Shown piece by piece: positions 12,030-24,984 of a stretch of 64,000 nt of DNA (position 1 is its first letter; each line of letters begins with the position of its first letter). The position numbers were made by a program, and so were the translations under genes. Under the pieces are notes generated by a model. It was not told the DNA's origin and searched no databases. It saw only the letters and a program-made list of their open reading frames with translations. This DNA is from Raja brachyura (lineage: Eukaryota), in NCBI GenBank assembly GCA_963514005.1, contig OY740808.1:28024001-28088000 (forward strand). Reading direction: 5' to 3'.

Positions 12030-12553
12030 ACAAGTAATTACAAAATCCAAGTAAACACTATAAATATTCTGGTTGTGAATATATCCTGCTTCCCACATTG
12101 GAAGAGTGATTTATTTACATCTAAATAGAGATCATCTCCAAAACAAGTATGCAACATAAATTACTTGAAATGGAAACCAAAATAAACCATCTTACCAACA
12201 AAAGCAGGAATTTATATATTTTCTAAATATCACAAATCACAATTAACAGTCAATTTTGAAAATATCTTAAAACTGACTGTATTAAATTTGGAGCCCTCTG
12301 GTAGAAGCTTTTTGTGGATTTTTCTCTCAACTGTATTTCAATCTCATTCTAATTTGTGGCAATCTTAGAATTTGGGACTTATTTCCCTTCAAAGTACCTG
12401 CAACAGCACAGGTTTCCAGTTTAAGCAATTTCTGTTGCATTCTTGTTTTGGAACTGATCTCTCTTTAGATGTAAATAAATTACTCTTCAGGCAGCAGGAT
12501 GTATGCACAACTAGAATATTTATAATGTTTACTTGTATTTTGCAATTACTTGT
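12030..12553. repeat. Long inverted repeat: arms at 12030-12178 and 12411-12553, spacer ~230 nt
   Basis: ACAAGTAATTACAAAATCCAAGTAAACACTATAAATATTCT...ATTTATTTACATCTAAA...TGGAAACC aligns with the reverse complement of 12411-12553 at roughly 85% identity by eye, with one small indel. Confidence 0.85.
12196..12397 (-). other. Candidate non-coding cassette exon (202 nt) filling the loop of the inverted repeat
   Basis: CTGTGCTGTTGCAG| acceptor and TTG|GTAAGA donor; stops in all three frames. Confidence 0.4.
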
Positions 12554-12819
12554 TACAGGCCCTATAGCATTAATATATAATTTATTTTAATCTGCAAATA
12601 TTTGTTCATTTTTTTTACTTCTGTATGGTAATAGGAGTATTTTATTACAGATATCATCAATATTGGCCAAACATAAATTGATGATTGGTGGGTATTTCTT
12701 TCCAAACTCTTGAGACTGACTAAATAAAATAGTGGATAAAAGAACAGCAAAGTGTTATATGCCCAAAATAATGAAATTCAAACTAATTAAATACATAGAA
12801 CAGATAGAACTGGGTAAAT

Positions 12820-13765
12820 GAAGCATGGTGGCTGCAACAAATGCAAATTGTCAGCCTTTTATGAACTTGGATGAACTTTGGTTCAGAGTAGATGAGCAGG
12901 AATCTGAGCTTCAGTCAATGAAAGACAACAGAAAGTCACGTGGACATTATATTGTTGGAGGCAGATTCATTATCTTGAATTCGATTGTGGTCATGGACAG
13001 CAAGGTGTGACTGCAAAAGAGGTACGCAAAGGGAATCAGAGGCACCTCCCAAATGAGCCTCAGTCCTTACAGGTTCAACAGGTACAATGTTCTTGCTCCA
13101 TATTTAAATGGGACTGCAAGGTGTATGGAAACAATCTATAGCACAGAGGCCATTCAAGTATGGGGTTGAGGAGAAAATAATTATGAGTCACAGAGGATAG
13201 TATAGTAGACAAATGGATATTGTTCTCTGCAGCAAAGACTGAGATTATTGCATGTGCAGAGTATGAATTGACATTGTAAATAAGATTACGCATGGTAATA
13301 AGAAAACAAGTAAACGCATGGTTAAAGATTGGTGTGGGAGAAATGGAATCCGATTCATGGGGTACCAGTATCTTTAAAGGGGGAAAGATAAACCTGTCCT
13401 TATGGGAGGGCTGCATTTAAATTGTGCTGGGACTAGTGTCCTGGTGAATCACATAACTAGTGTCTTTAAACTGTACTTTAAACAGTACTTTAAACTAATT
13501 AAAGGGAGAGAGCTCAAGTGATGGTGAGGTGGTGTTAATCAAGGAGAGTATCATTGTGACGGTATGTAATGATGGAGGAGCAGCAAATCAAATCAATATA
13601 GTTTGGTTGAAAATAAGAAATAGCAGGAATAGATGATACAGGTAGGAATTGTTTTTTGGATCCCAAAGTGTTGTGTTACTAATGGACAAAACATTTATGG
13701 GAAAATATCAAAGACATGTAGGAAGGGAACTGTAATTAATATGGGAGTTCTGCATATTAATTGGA
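12820..13765 (+). mobile_element. Old CR1 remnant spanning ORF1 (esterase-like) and the start of ORF2
   Basis: ELWFRVDEQESELQS coiled-coil-like segment; GLHLNCAGT (SGNH DGLH-like) at ~13408; degenerate endonuclease-like sequence before 13765. Confidence 0.55.
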
Positions 13766-13767
13766 TT

Positions 13768-16700
13768 CATAGAAACATAGAAAATAGGTGCAGGTGTAGG
13801 CCATTCGGCCCTTCGAGTCACCACCACCATTCAATATGATCATGGCTGATCATCCAACAACAGTACCCCATTCCGGCTTTTCCCCCATATCCCTCGATTC
13901 CCTTAACCCTCAGAGCTAAATCTCTCTTGAAAACATCCAGTGTATTGGCCTCCACTGCCTTCTGTGGCAGAGAATTCCACAGATTCACAACTCTGGCTGA
14001 AAAAAGTTTTTCCTCATTGCAGTCCTAAATGGCCTACCCCTTATTCTAAAGCTGTGATCCCCGGCTCTGGACCCCCCACCCCCCACATCGGGAACATTTT
14101 TCCTGCATCTACCCTGTCCAATCCTCTAAGAATTTTATATGTTTCTATGAGATCAAGAAGTCAAGTCAAGAGAGTTTTATTGTCATGTGTCCCAGATAGG
14201 ACAATGAAATTTGTGCTTGCTGCAGCACAACAGAATATGTAAACATAAGACAGAACAGGAGATAAAAGTTCAGTGTGTCTATATACCGTAGACCATATAT
14301 GTACACAATAAATAAACAGATAAAGTGCAATATACTGTTATTGTGCAGAGCTTGTTTGATGTCGTGTTTAATAGCCTGATGGCTGTGGGGAAGAAGCTGT
14401 TCTTGAACCTGGATGTTCCAGATTCTTCCTGATGGCAACGGAGAGATGAGATGAGAGTGTGGCCAGAATGGTGTAGGTCTTTGATGATGTGGGTAACCTT
14501 TTTGAGGCAATGACTGCGATAGACCCCTTCGATGGTGGAGAGGTCAGAGCTGATGAAGGACTGGGCAGTGGTCACAACTTTCTGCATTATTTTCCGCTCC
14601 TGGACGTTCAAGTTGCCGAACCAAGCCATGATGCAGCCAGTCGGTATGCTCTCTACTGTGCACCTGTAGAAGTTTAGAGCGTCCTCCTTGACATACCGAC
14701 TCTCCGTAATCTTCTCAGGACGCAGAGCCGCTGATGTGCCCTCTTTATAATTGCATCAGTGTGCTGGGACCAGGAAAGATCTTTGTACATATGCACACCC
14801 AGGAATTTGAAGTTCTTGACCCTTTCCACCATAAACGGGATTGTGGGCCCCTATCCTACCCCTTCCAAAGTCCACAATCAGTTCCTCGGTTTTGCTGGTG
14901 TTGAAAGCCAGGTTGTTGTGCTGGCACCATTTGGTCAATTGGTCAATCTCACTTCTATTCTCTGACTCATCACCATCAGTGATTCGTCCCACAACAGTGT
15001 TGTCATCGGCAAACTTGATGATGTAGTTTGCACTATGTCCGGCTACACAGTCATGAGTATAGAGTGAGTACAGCAGGGGACTGAGCACACAGCCTTGAGG
15101 TGCTCCTGTGCTGATTATTATCGAGGATGACACATTTCCACCAATTGTGGTCTGCGGATTAGGAAGTCGAGAATCCAATTGCAGAGGGATGCGCAGAGAC
15201 CCAGATCCATGAGCTTGGTAACCAGCTTGGAGGGGATGATGGTATTAAACGCCGAGCTGTTGTTGTTCTGTAGATCCCCTCTCATCCTTCTAAATTCCAG
15301 CGAAAACAAGTCCAGTCGACCCATTCTTTCATAATTTGTCAATTCCACCATCCCGGGAATTAACCTGCTGAACCTACGTTGCACTCCCTCAATAGCAATA
15401 ATGTCCTTCCTCAAATTAGGAGACCAAAATTGCACACATTACTCCAGGTGCGGTCTCACCACGGCATTGCAGTGGGACCTCCTTGCTCCTAAACTCAAAT
15501 CCTCTCACAATGAAGGCCAATATGCCATTGGCTATCTTCACTACCTGCTGCACTTGCATGTTTACTTTCAGTGACTGATGTACAAGCACACCCAGGTCTC
15601 GTTGCACCCCCCCTTCTCCTAATCTGACACCATACAGATAATAATCTGCCTTCCTGTTTTTGCCAACAAAGTGGATAACCTCACATTTATCCACATTATA
15701 CTGTATATGCCATGCTTCTGTCCACTCACCCAACCTATCCAAGTCACCCTGCAACCTCACAGTATCCTCCTCGCAGCTCACACTGCCACCCAGTTTTGTG
15801 TCAACCGCAAACTTAGAAATGTTACATTTAATTCCCTCGGCTAAATCGTTAATATTTATATTGTAAACAACTGGGGTCCCAGCACCGAGCCTTGCAGCAC
15901 CCCACTAGTCACTGCATGTAATTCTGAAAATTACCCGTTAATTCCTACTCTTGGCTTCCTGTCTGCCAACCAGTTTTCTATCCATGTCAATATCCTACCC
16001 CCAATACCGTGCTCTAATTTTGCACATTAATCTCTTGTGTGGGACCTTGTCAACGGCTTTTTGAAATTCCAGATACACCACATCCACTGGCTCCCCTTAC
16101 CCATTCTACTTGTTACATCCTCAAAAAAATTCCAAAAGGTTAGTCAAGCATGATTTCCCCTTCATAAATCCATGCTGACTTTGACCGATCCCATCACTCC
16201 TGTCCAAATGTGCTACTATAAAAGCTTTAATAATCAAATCCAGCATCTTCTTCACTACCAATGTACGGCTAACTGGTCTATAATTCCCCGTTTTTTCTCT
16301 CCCTCCTTTCTTAAAAAGTGGAGTTATATTGGCAACCCTCCAGTCCACAGGAACGGATCCAGAGTTGAGAGAACATTGGAAAATGATCACGAATGCATTC
16401 ACGGTTTCTAGGGCCACCTCCTTGAGTACTCTGGAAGGCAGACCATCAGGTCCTGGGGGATTTACAGTATCTGCCTTCAGTCTCAACAGTTTACCTTCTA
16501 CCAAATTCTGACTAATGTGGATTCCCTTCAGTTCCTCCCTCCCACTAGATCCTCAGTCCCCTAGTATTTCTGGGAGATTCGCTCTGTCTTCAATAAGGAA
16601 GACACAAACTAAGTGCTTGTTTTACTGTTCTGCCATTTCCTTGTTTCCCATTATAAATTCATCTGTCTCTGACTGTAAGGAACCTACAATCGTCTTCACC

Positions 16701-16795
16701 AATGTTTTCCTTTTTACATACCTATAGAATCTTTTAGTCAGTTTTTATATTCTTGCAAACTTTCTTCCGTGCTCTTCCCCCCCCCTTAATTTAAC
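13768..16795 (-). mobile_element. 5'-truncated CR1 LINE interrupted by a Rex1-like insertion
   Basis: CATAGAAA tail repeats at 13768; minus-strand ORFs [60 protein letters not shown]. Confidence 0.92.
14155..15262 (-). mobile_element. Rex1/Babar-clade LINE 3' part nested in CR1
   Basis: ORF TGAPQGCVLSPLLYSLYTHDC...KFADD...WCQHNNLAFNTSKTEELIVDF; SRFKNSFFPTAIRLLN; AATAAA plus (CTTGA)n tail; the host CR1 resumes at AGATCCCCTCTCATCC. Confidence 0.9.
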
Positions 16796-17624
16796 CTCAA
16801 TCGCGCTGTCGGAATTTAAGGACACGAGTGAGGCCAGTGAGGGGCAGGAGAGAGGTATTTAGACGGAGAGCTGCCAGAGGTGAGCGGGGACCGGCAGAAG
16901 GAGCTAAGGTGGCGGCTGGTTCCGCTGTCCGGCTCGGCGGCCGCTCAGCCACCCAAGCTACTTCTCTCCAGTTACTCACCTAGATTATTTCAACGCACAT
17001 TCCAAAACCCCAAATCTGCCCAAAAAACGTTTTTTTTTGCAGGTACACTGTCACATGCCAGTTCCTCTTCAAGTTGAACAACATTTTAACAGAATTATAC
17101 AACCAACCATTCTTTAAGGCTAACTTCTGGAATTCCCTCCCAACATGCACCTTCAACAGAAGGTCTTTAACAACCCACAAGTCCAAAGGAAATTAAGAGA
17201 TGGCTAACAACTGTTGGCCTTACCAACAATGCCCAGATCGCAGAAAGCGAATATATGAGAAAAAAAGATGCTCTCAAGCCTGCCATGTCTTTACTGTTAA
17301 TATTCAATTCTGCAGTTGGCCCGAGAAGGCAAAATGGTTGTGAACTCTGGTTTTCTTTCTTCAAGTAACAACCACAGAGGAGATGAGATATCAGTCATCA
17401 CACCTTGATAATTCCACACAATACAGCAATTGTGTCCTTTGTCTATATGACTCCAACTGGTTGTGAAATTTGTGGATCAGTGTAGGTGGATATGAGAAAA
17501 GGAGAGCATTAAGAGGCACTACTTCAATTGTGTTCACATCTACAAAAAAACAATTAGAAATTAGAATTTGAATATAGCTATGATATGACTTTTCAAAAAA
17601 AAAACAAGAAAACACTACATGTAG

Positions 17625-18188
17625 TCCCTGGGCTACATAATGGTTTCATTCCCGAGAATTGCCACAAAACTTGCTTCTCCGTCAGTCAATAATGTCAGTT
17701 TTCTATAGCTATCTTTATTGTATCACTCTCACTTACCCTAACTATATATTTTTTATTTCATTGAATAATCACACTACATATAATTAGCCCAATGAAATGA
17801 GTACTGTATCTAGTCATCTGTGAATACCATAAACATCATTACTCAATTTAAAAATGCTCTGAAATTTTTGTTACGCAAGGGTTCTACCCGAGAACTGTCC
17901 ACAGGCCGGCTTCCGTTTCTGAGCCAACATTTCCGCAAGGCAGAAATGTCTGTTTTCTTGAGCTACACACACCGCATCACTCTCCGTACATTTGGAGTAA
18001 TTCTTTATTTCATTGAATAATCCCCCTAATACCACACATAATTAAACCAATGGAATGCATACTGTATGCAGTCATTAATAAATCCCATGAAATATTTTAT
18101 TATTAATAGCTTGAAAATGCTATAATAATGCCTGGGGGAATTTGCTTAAAGTTAGATTTTCATAAGTCATGCCTTTGCAACCCAGGGA
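17625..18188. repeat. Diverged tandem duplication (~250-bp period) within possible short TIRs; probable old DNA transposon
   Basis: TTTATTTCATTGAATAATC exact at 17752 and 18004; CCCGAGAA(T/C)TG in both units; TCCCTGGGCTACA at the left versus TGCAACCCAGGGA at the right. Confidence 0.5.
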
Positions 18189-18379
18189 GCTCCTGTACTG
18201 TCTGTTGGAATGCCCTTGACTGGCAACAGGTCATTGACAATGCTGGCTGATGCACTTCTTGTCGTGATGCAAAGTGATATTCATATTCAATATTTAATCC
18301 ATGGACCAGACTTTTGGTGCTGCTAAACTGTCAATAAATAAATTGACAAGAGTTACTATAAATAATACAACTACAAATT

Positions 18380-18680
18380 GCTTGACTAACAAAAACAAAT
18401 AGCCAACAGGACGACAGTGAAAGTAGCATGACGACTAGGGTGGGGGAGGGACAGGGGGGGGGGGGGGGGGGGGGGAATGCAAGGGTTACTTGAAGCTATA
18501 GAAATCAATATTCATACTGCTGGGTTGTAAGCTGCCCAAGCAAAATATGAGTTGTTCCTCCAATTTGTGCTTGACCTCACTCTGACAATGGTGGAGGCCA
18601 AGACAGAAAGGTCAATATGGGGATGGGAAGGGAATTTAAAGTGTTTGGCAACCGGGAGATCACGTAGGCCATAGCGGACT
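18380..18680 (-). mobile_element. Penelope-like 3' fragment with poly-G tract
   Basis: GGGTTGTAAGCTGCCCAAGCAAAATATGAG...GGCAACCGGGAGATC matches the other copies. Confidence 0.75.
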
Positions 18681-20454
18681 GTGTGATCAGTTAAGTGAGG
18701 AATTATGTGCGATTATCACACATACAAATGACGCTGCAAAGTCATCATTTAAGCAACAGCTACTGCTTGTACTCAATTCTTGTGCCATCAGACAATATTG
18801 TACACACCACAACTCACTCTACAATATAATAATCACTACAGAAAACTAGTTTTATTCCACTAATTTGGCATCCACACTTCTTCACCTGGATTAAACTACA
18901 GCTCGAGAATTCAACGGCTAGGCCTTGTTAGACCTGAATTGCTTAACTTTTGTGGTCAATCTGATCAGCTTGAACTCTTTCAGATTTGAACTGTGATTGT
19001 GACCAATTTACCAGTTTGATCTTTTCAGCCAATTATAGAGTCATACAGTCTCTTCGGCCCAACTTGCCCACACCAACCAACATGCCCCATCTACACAAGT
19101 CCCAGGTAGACAAAAGTGCTGGAGAAACTCAGCGGGTGCAGCAGCATCTATGGAGCAAAGGAAATAGGCAACATTTTTGGCCGAAACACTTCTTCAGACT
19201 GATGTAGGGTGGGGGGGGGGGGGGGGGGGGGTGAGAAGAAAAACCTCTCATCTCAAGTGCTTGTGCTCAGCCCATAACCCTCTTATCTATGTATCTGTCC
19301 AGATGTCTCTTATACAATATGATAGTGCCTGCCTCAACTACTTCCGCCAGCAGCTCTTCCAGATACACACCTCTCACCTTAAATCTCTGTCCCCCTGTTC
19401 TTGTTTCCCCTACTCTTGGCAAAATACTGTGCATTTACCCGATCTATTCCTCTCATAATATTGTACACCTCATGCCCCTGTGCTCCAAGGAATAAACAAA
19501 TGGATAAGACTGTCTTGTCCCTAGTTTGGGATGAGACACAGTTTTGTCCCTAGTTCACTTCAACAAAAAGCTTTTTTTCCTGATTCTATTATATGATGGT
19601 GTCCAGAATTTCAGTTCATTTTCCCCATCCCATAATCTCTAGAACATTTCCTATAGAAACATCACCACTCTCCAAACAAATTCTCCTTCGTCTATCACAG
19701 CTCAAAGTTCATTACAACTTTGAGCAGTATGGTTTCTCTATGTACCACATCAATCTCACCATACCCATTTTAATTTTATCCCACCTTTTTCTCCTCTTTA
19801 TCCCTTGTCATTATCATGGTGGATGGGTGCTTTTTGTTGTATGCTTTTTGTGTGTACGTATGTGTGCGGGTATGTATATAATATATATGAACTTTGTTTT
19901 CCCTCTCGTTTATTACATTGTTTACACTGTACTATGTTTACATATTCTGTTGTGCTGCTGCTGGTAAGAATGTCATTGTTCTCTCTGGGACATATAACAG
20001 TATAACACTCTTGACTCTCTAGGTTGTAACATGGCCATCATAACTTAAATCTTTCTTTGTACCTATTCGCATTCATGTATTAGCCCCGATTCATGTATTT
20101 AGCCCCGATTCCATTATTTCAACCCGATCTGAGATCAAACTTCCTCTGAGATTTCTCATAGGCCTAGTTTCTCTCCTATCCCTCACACATTGTCCTGAAG
20201 CTCACATCAGATTCACCCCTACTCCCTCAATGCCATTTCACTTCGGACCATGCAACCCCTTCTTGTGCCATACCAATTAATACTGTTAATCATTACTGTT
20301 TCCTCTCAAATGTATTCTCATTATCCCTCTCTGACACTGACATTCTGGTTAAGCAAAGCCTCAAAATTTCAGTCCTATTTTCAAATTCCTCCACATGGTG
20401 AGTTAAAATCAAGGATTTTTCCCTAACTCCCTAAATTCGGCAATGGTTTTTTAA

Positions 20455-20734
20455 TTCAGAGAAACAGTGTGGAAACAAGTCCTTCAGCCCACCGAGTCCG
20501 CACCGACCAGCCACCACCCGTACATTAGTTCTATCCTACACACTAGGCCAATTGCCCTGCTCTTCTTTGGAATGTACAAGGAAACGGGAGCACCTGGAAG
20601 CAAGAGGAATGCCGTTGAAGGACAATACCCACACGGTCACAGGGAGAACATACAAACTCCGTACAGACAGCACCCATAGTCAGGATCGAACCCGGATCTC
20701 TGGCAATATAAGCAGCTACGCCACTCTGCCACCC
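20455..20734 (-). mobile_element. V-SINE (HE1-like)
   Basis: GGAGAACATACAAACTCCGTACAGACAGCACCC...GGATCGAACCC (reverse B box). Confidence 0.82.
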
Positions 20735-22024
20735 TAGATTCATACATTCCTCCAATTCTGTTTCCTTGATCACGCCTATTTTTTTTATTGAGCCATCAGT
20801 AGCTGATATACTTCAAGTGTCAATACCTGAATGTCTAATTCCTGGGGAAATATAAGGTTGGAGGCTGTGGAAGGGAGATCGCCAAGGGTGATGAAATCTG
20901 TAGCGCTCAGGGTGATGAAGGCCTGGCATACGTCTGTGGCGTCACGGTGAAGGGTTTGGTGCGAAGAGGTGTCTGAGAGTTGGTGCCTGGCATCAACACG
21001 GTATAGGTCAGCCTGCCAGACCGCAATAGCATATTCCTTGTCGATGTGTCTGTAAACTGTTGCTGCATGAGCAGAAAGGCTGCGTGTTCAGAAGGGTTGA
21101 GATAGGAGTGGGTACGGGGAATGGAGAAGACATGACAGTTGATGTCACACACACAGTTAGAAATAAAAAACTTCAGAGAGAGTAAAGGCCGGTTGGGGAA
21201 GTCCACAAGGAAGAATTTTGAAGGCAGGAGAATGGTTTGTCACCAGCAGGTGAGAAGTTTCCAGAGCAAAAGACCCAGACATAAAAATAATTCAATATCA
21301 TGACAGGCTCAAAACTTGTTACATAGGCTGGACATAGGCTGTAAACTGTAAGTAATATTGCCTGGAATTCATGATGCCAGTATTAAATCTCAGCCTCCTT
21401 TCCAATGATCAATAGCATTAAGGTGGCAAAATTCAAGAACTACAAGGATCAAATCAAGAATGGGCTAGAGAATTTACTGATTGCTCCCGATAACACTCAA
21501 AAAGCTCGTCCATATTAGCTCGAGGTGCCTATCTGTATGATTAGTGCCAATGTGGCGGTACTGTTCACTAAAATATTAGAAATGCTCGCACACAAAATTC
21601 ATAATGCATTTCTAGCATGTGCCACACTGTTTATAGGCTAATATTTGCTAGGGTAAATTTACATTGGCTGTAGTTACATACTGGCCAGAAGATTCACGGT
21701 GGAACCTATCTACACTGAAATGTTCCTGAATGAGGGCAAGAGGAATGCTGTTGGAGGACAATATCCTCCAAAAATATCAGCCTGAGCCTGTAGCTCTATT
21801 CATTCATTGTCCTGAGTATAGGCCCATTGATATCTCAAATATTACTGTGGCAATGTCATAAATTGAATGATGGGAGCTATTTAAAATAAAGGCCATAAAC
21901 ATTTTCTCAGAGCATCAATGGATATGGTAACAGATGCAGCCATACAATCACATTGTCGATTGGGAATACTTTACACTATAAATGGGCCTCCAGCATCTAT
22001 TTCAAGAAGATACAAATCTAAGTC

Positions 22025-23440
22025 AGACACAAAAAGCTGGGGTAACTCAGCAGGTCAGGCACCACTAGAGAAAAGGAATAGGAGACATTTTGGGTCGAGA
22101 CCCTTTTTCAGACCGAGATACTAGGGAAAGGGGAACGAGAGATACATGGTACTTTGAACAAATTAATGAAAGATATGCAGAAAGCAATGGTAATCATGGA
22201 TATATGGAGCACACAGTGGTCCATTGTTGACTGTGGGATATGTGATAACGAATTAAGACAGTGGAACTCAACAGAACGACAGTAAAACTAATATGACGAC
22301 TAGGATGGGGAAGGAATGGAGAGACAGGGGATGCAAGAGTTATGTGAAGTTAGAGAAATCAATTTTCATACCATTGGGTTGTAAGCTGCCCAAGCGAAAA
22401 ATGAGGTACTGTTTCTCCATTTACGTTCTCTGACCATGGAGGAGGTTCAGGACAGAGAGGTCAGTATGGGAATGGGAGTTAAAGTGTTCGGCAACCTCGT
22501 AGGCTGAAGCGGATTGAGCGAAGGTGTTCAGCGAAACAATTGTCGAGTCTGCGTTTGGTCTCGCCGATATATAAGTGCGTCAGTCCTTTCGGACGGCGCA
22601 GAGGTTCACTTGTACCTCATCCATCCTCATCTAATATATCTGCTGTTCCAGGTGTGGACTCTTCCCATACAGCAGTATGAATATTGATTTCTCTAACTTC
22701 TTTTTTTTTGTTAAGTTTTTTTATTAGATAGAAGCAATTACATAATTTAAAAAAAGATACGTGTTCATTGTTGACATAATAAAAATCATTTTGTTCTTTG
22801 TAGATATACATAATCAGTATTATTTATGTTAATCCTTGCTTAATAATTGTGCTTCTATATATTTTTTTTTCATTTTTTATAAAGGTAGAAAATAGTGGAA
22901 AAAGATTAAACACACAAAAATATATATATATATGTATATAAAAAGGGAAAGAATGGAATATTCTACAGATTTTACATCGTTGGAGATATATCCGTGTTTT
23001 ATGAAATGTACTACTTCATCTATTCTTCGATTCTGGTTTCAGTCGGGTTCTCGTGAAGTTTCTCTAACTTCAAGTAACCCTTGCATCCCCTCCTTCTTTG
23101 TCCCTCCCCTACCCTTGTCATCGTACCAGTTTCACTGTTGTCCTGTTGAGTTCTACTGTCTGTATTAACACATTATCACCTCTCCCACAGCCAACCATGG
23201 ACCATTATGTGCTTCACATTTACTGGATTATCATTGCCTTCTGCATATCTTCCATTAATTTGTCCTAAATACCGTTTTTATCTCTCATTCCCCTTTTCCC
23301 TGACTCTCAGTCTGAAGAAGTGACTCAACCTGAAATGTCACCTATTCCTTCGCTCCAGAGACGCTGCCTGACCCATTAAGCTACTCCTGATTTTTGTGTT
23401 TGTCTTCAGTTTAAACCAGCGCCTAATTTTCCTCCCTACA
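22025..23440. mobile_element. Penelope-like insertion with inverted halves (minus 22025-~22575, plus ~22580-23440)
   Basis: Terminal-repeat motifs in opposite orientation at both ends; GIY-YIG-region sequence on both strands. Confidence 0.65.
22701..23058 (-). mobile_element. Poly(A)-tailed 358-bp retroposed fragment (L1/Tx1-like 3' end or short retrocopy)
   Basis: Exact 13-bp TSD TTTCTCTAACTTC at 22688-22700 and 23059-23071; T-run and TTTATT (AATAAA on minus) at the left end. Confidence 0.7.
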
Positions 23441-24984
23441 GATGATATAAATCTATTTGTGTTTACTATGTTGTAAGTGTAAAATTTTGGTATTAAAAGA
23501 AAATAATCTAATAACAGGCAACAAATGAAAGCAATAAATCATAGTTCCATATCCCACATTCCTCCATCTTTCTTTAGATTTGACAATTGTGGTAACACTA
23601 CCAGTAGGAGAAAAGTGAAAAGTATCCTGTCAGAACTAACTGTTTTATCTAATGATACAGCCATTATAGAAATAAATGCTTCATCAATGTACATCCAATT
23701 TGCATGCGTGACCATGACTGAGAAGGATTCAAAAACATTCGAAACAGAATCAGTAACAAGCATCAGCTGAGCAGCAATTTCCCAATAAGCCACAAGAATC
23801 AAATAATCTGAATTATTTCTCACAACAGCATTTGACCTCAATATGACAAAAAAGCAGTGCTGAACATAACAGATGAAAGGCAAAATTAACCAATTACATT
23901 TTAGACTTTGTTCCAAAATATAATCTGTCGACCTCAAATTAATAGTATTAAGTTGTTTTAAAAATGTAAATTTTCCAGCTGTTACAACAATTTAAAAAGA
24001 ATTGACCTGAGATTGGTTTCTCAATGTGACAAATGTTGAAATAGTTTGATGCTGAGGATCTGCATCTGATAAAATTGGATCAGATCTACCAAACTATATT
24101 TTATAGTTTATATTTCGATATTTTACAGCTCCTAATTGACATAAGGGGGAAAAAAAGGCACAATTGAGCTGGAGTTCAAAATTAAAGGTGAATGGACATT
24201 CACTAATCCTCCATACAACTACACAATGGTCTTCATTCTATTGCCTGCTGACATTACCCTGGGTGCCACTGCTAATTTGACTTCATTATTTTCCATTAAT
24301 TGACAGCTATTTTCTCACACAATCAAGGATTCTGTTCATTCCAAATAAATAACAAAACGGGCTAAAAAACAAAGTTGTCATTGTATAATGCTGCACTCAC
24401 ATGGACTCTCCTGAGCCAATGTTCCAGCCATTTACGCTTCATAAATTTACAAGGCTCAACAATCAGTCTCAGCAAGCTAATTAATTAAGAAAAACACTAT
24501 CATTAAATTTTAATGCTCCCAGAGTTCACACAAAGATTTTTCGAGCATCCACCAGAAAATAACTAGGAGCAGAAACCCAAAGTCAATTTCTTCCCCTTGA
24601 GTCTTAGGCTGCACTAAACTAACTGATCTCAGAGATCTCAGAGCAAATGATAATAGTTAACCAAGCACAAATTGGTATTGGTAGTGGTGTTTGTTTATTG
24701 TTGTCACATGTATCGAGATACAGTGAAAAGTTTTGTGTGCTATCCTGTCCAATCGTACTATACATGAGTACAATACACAAGCACAATAGGCAGTGCAAAC
24801 AGTAAAATACCAAAGTGCAGAATCTAGTATTACAGCAACATAGCATTGCATTTACAGGGAAAGTGCAGTTTAAAGAAAATAAAGCTCCACAATGAGGTAG
24901 TTTGGAAGATTGGAACTACACACTAGCATGAGAGGATTGGTTAGTAGTCTGTTTACAATGGGGAAGAAGCTGTTCCTGAAGAAT

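Noticed and set aside
16980-17016. Minus-strand micro-exon-like segment with TAG|GTGAGT donor
   Set aside because: Weak acceptor and adjacent to a CR1 5' junction with GC-rich repeat-like sequence; cannot be separated from TE-derived signals
23525-23937. 132-aa minus ORF and 81-aa plus ORF in TE-poor sequence
   Set aside because: No recognisable homology and no convincing splice boundaries; treated as chance frames
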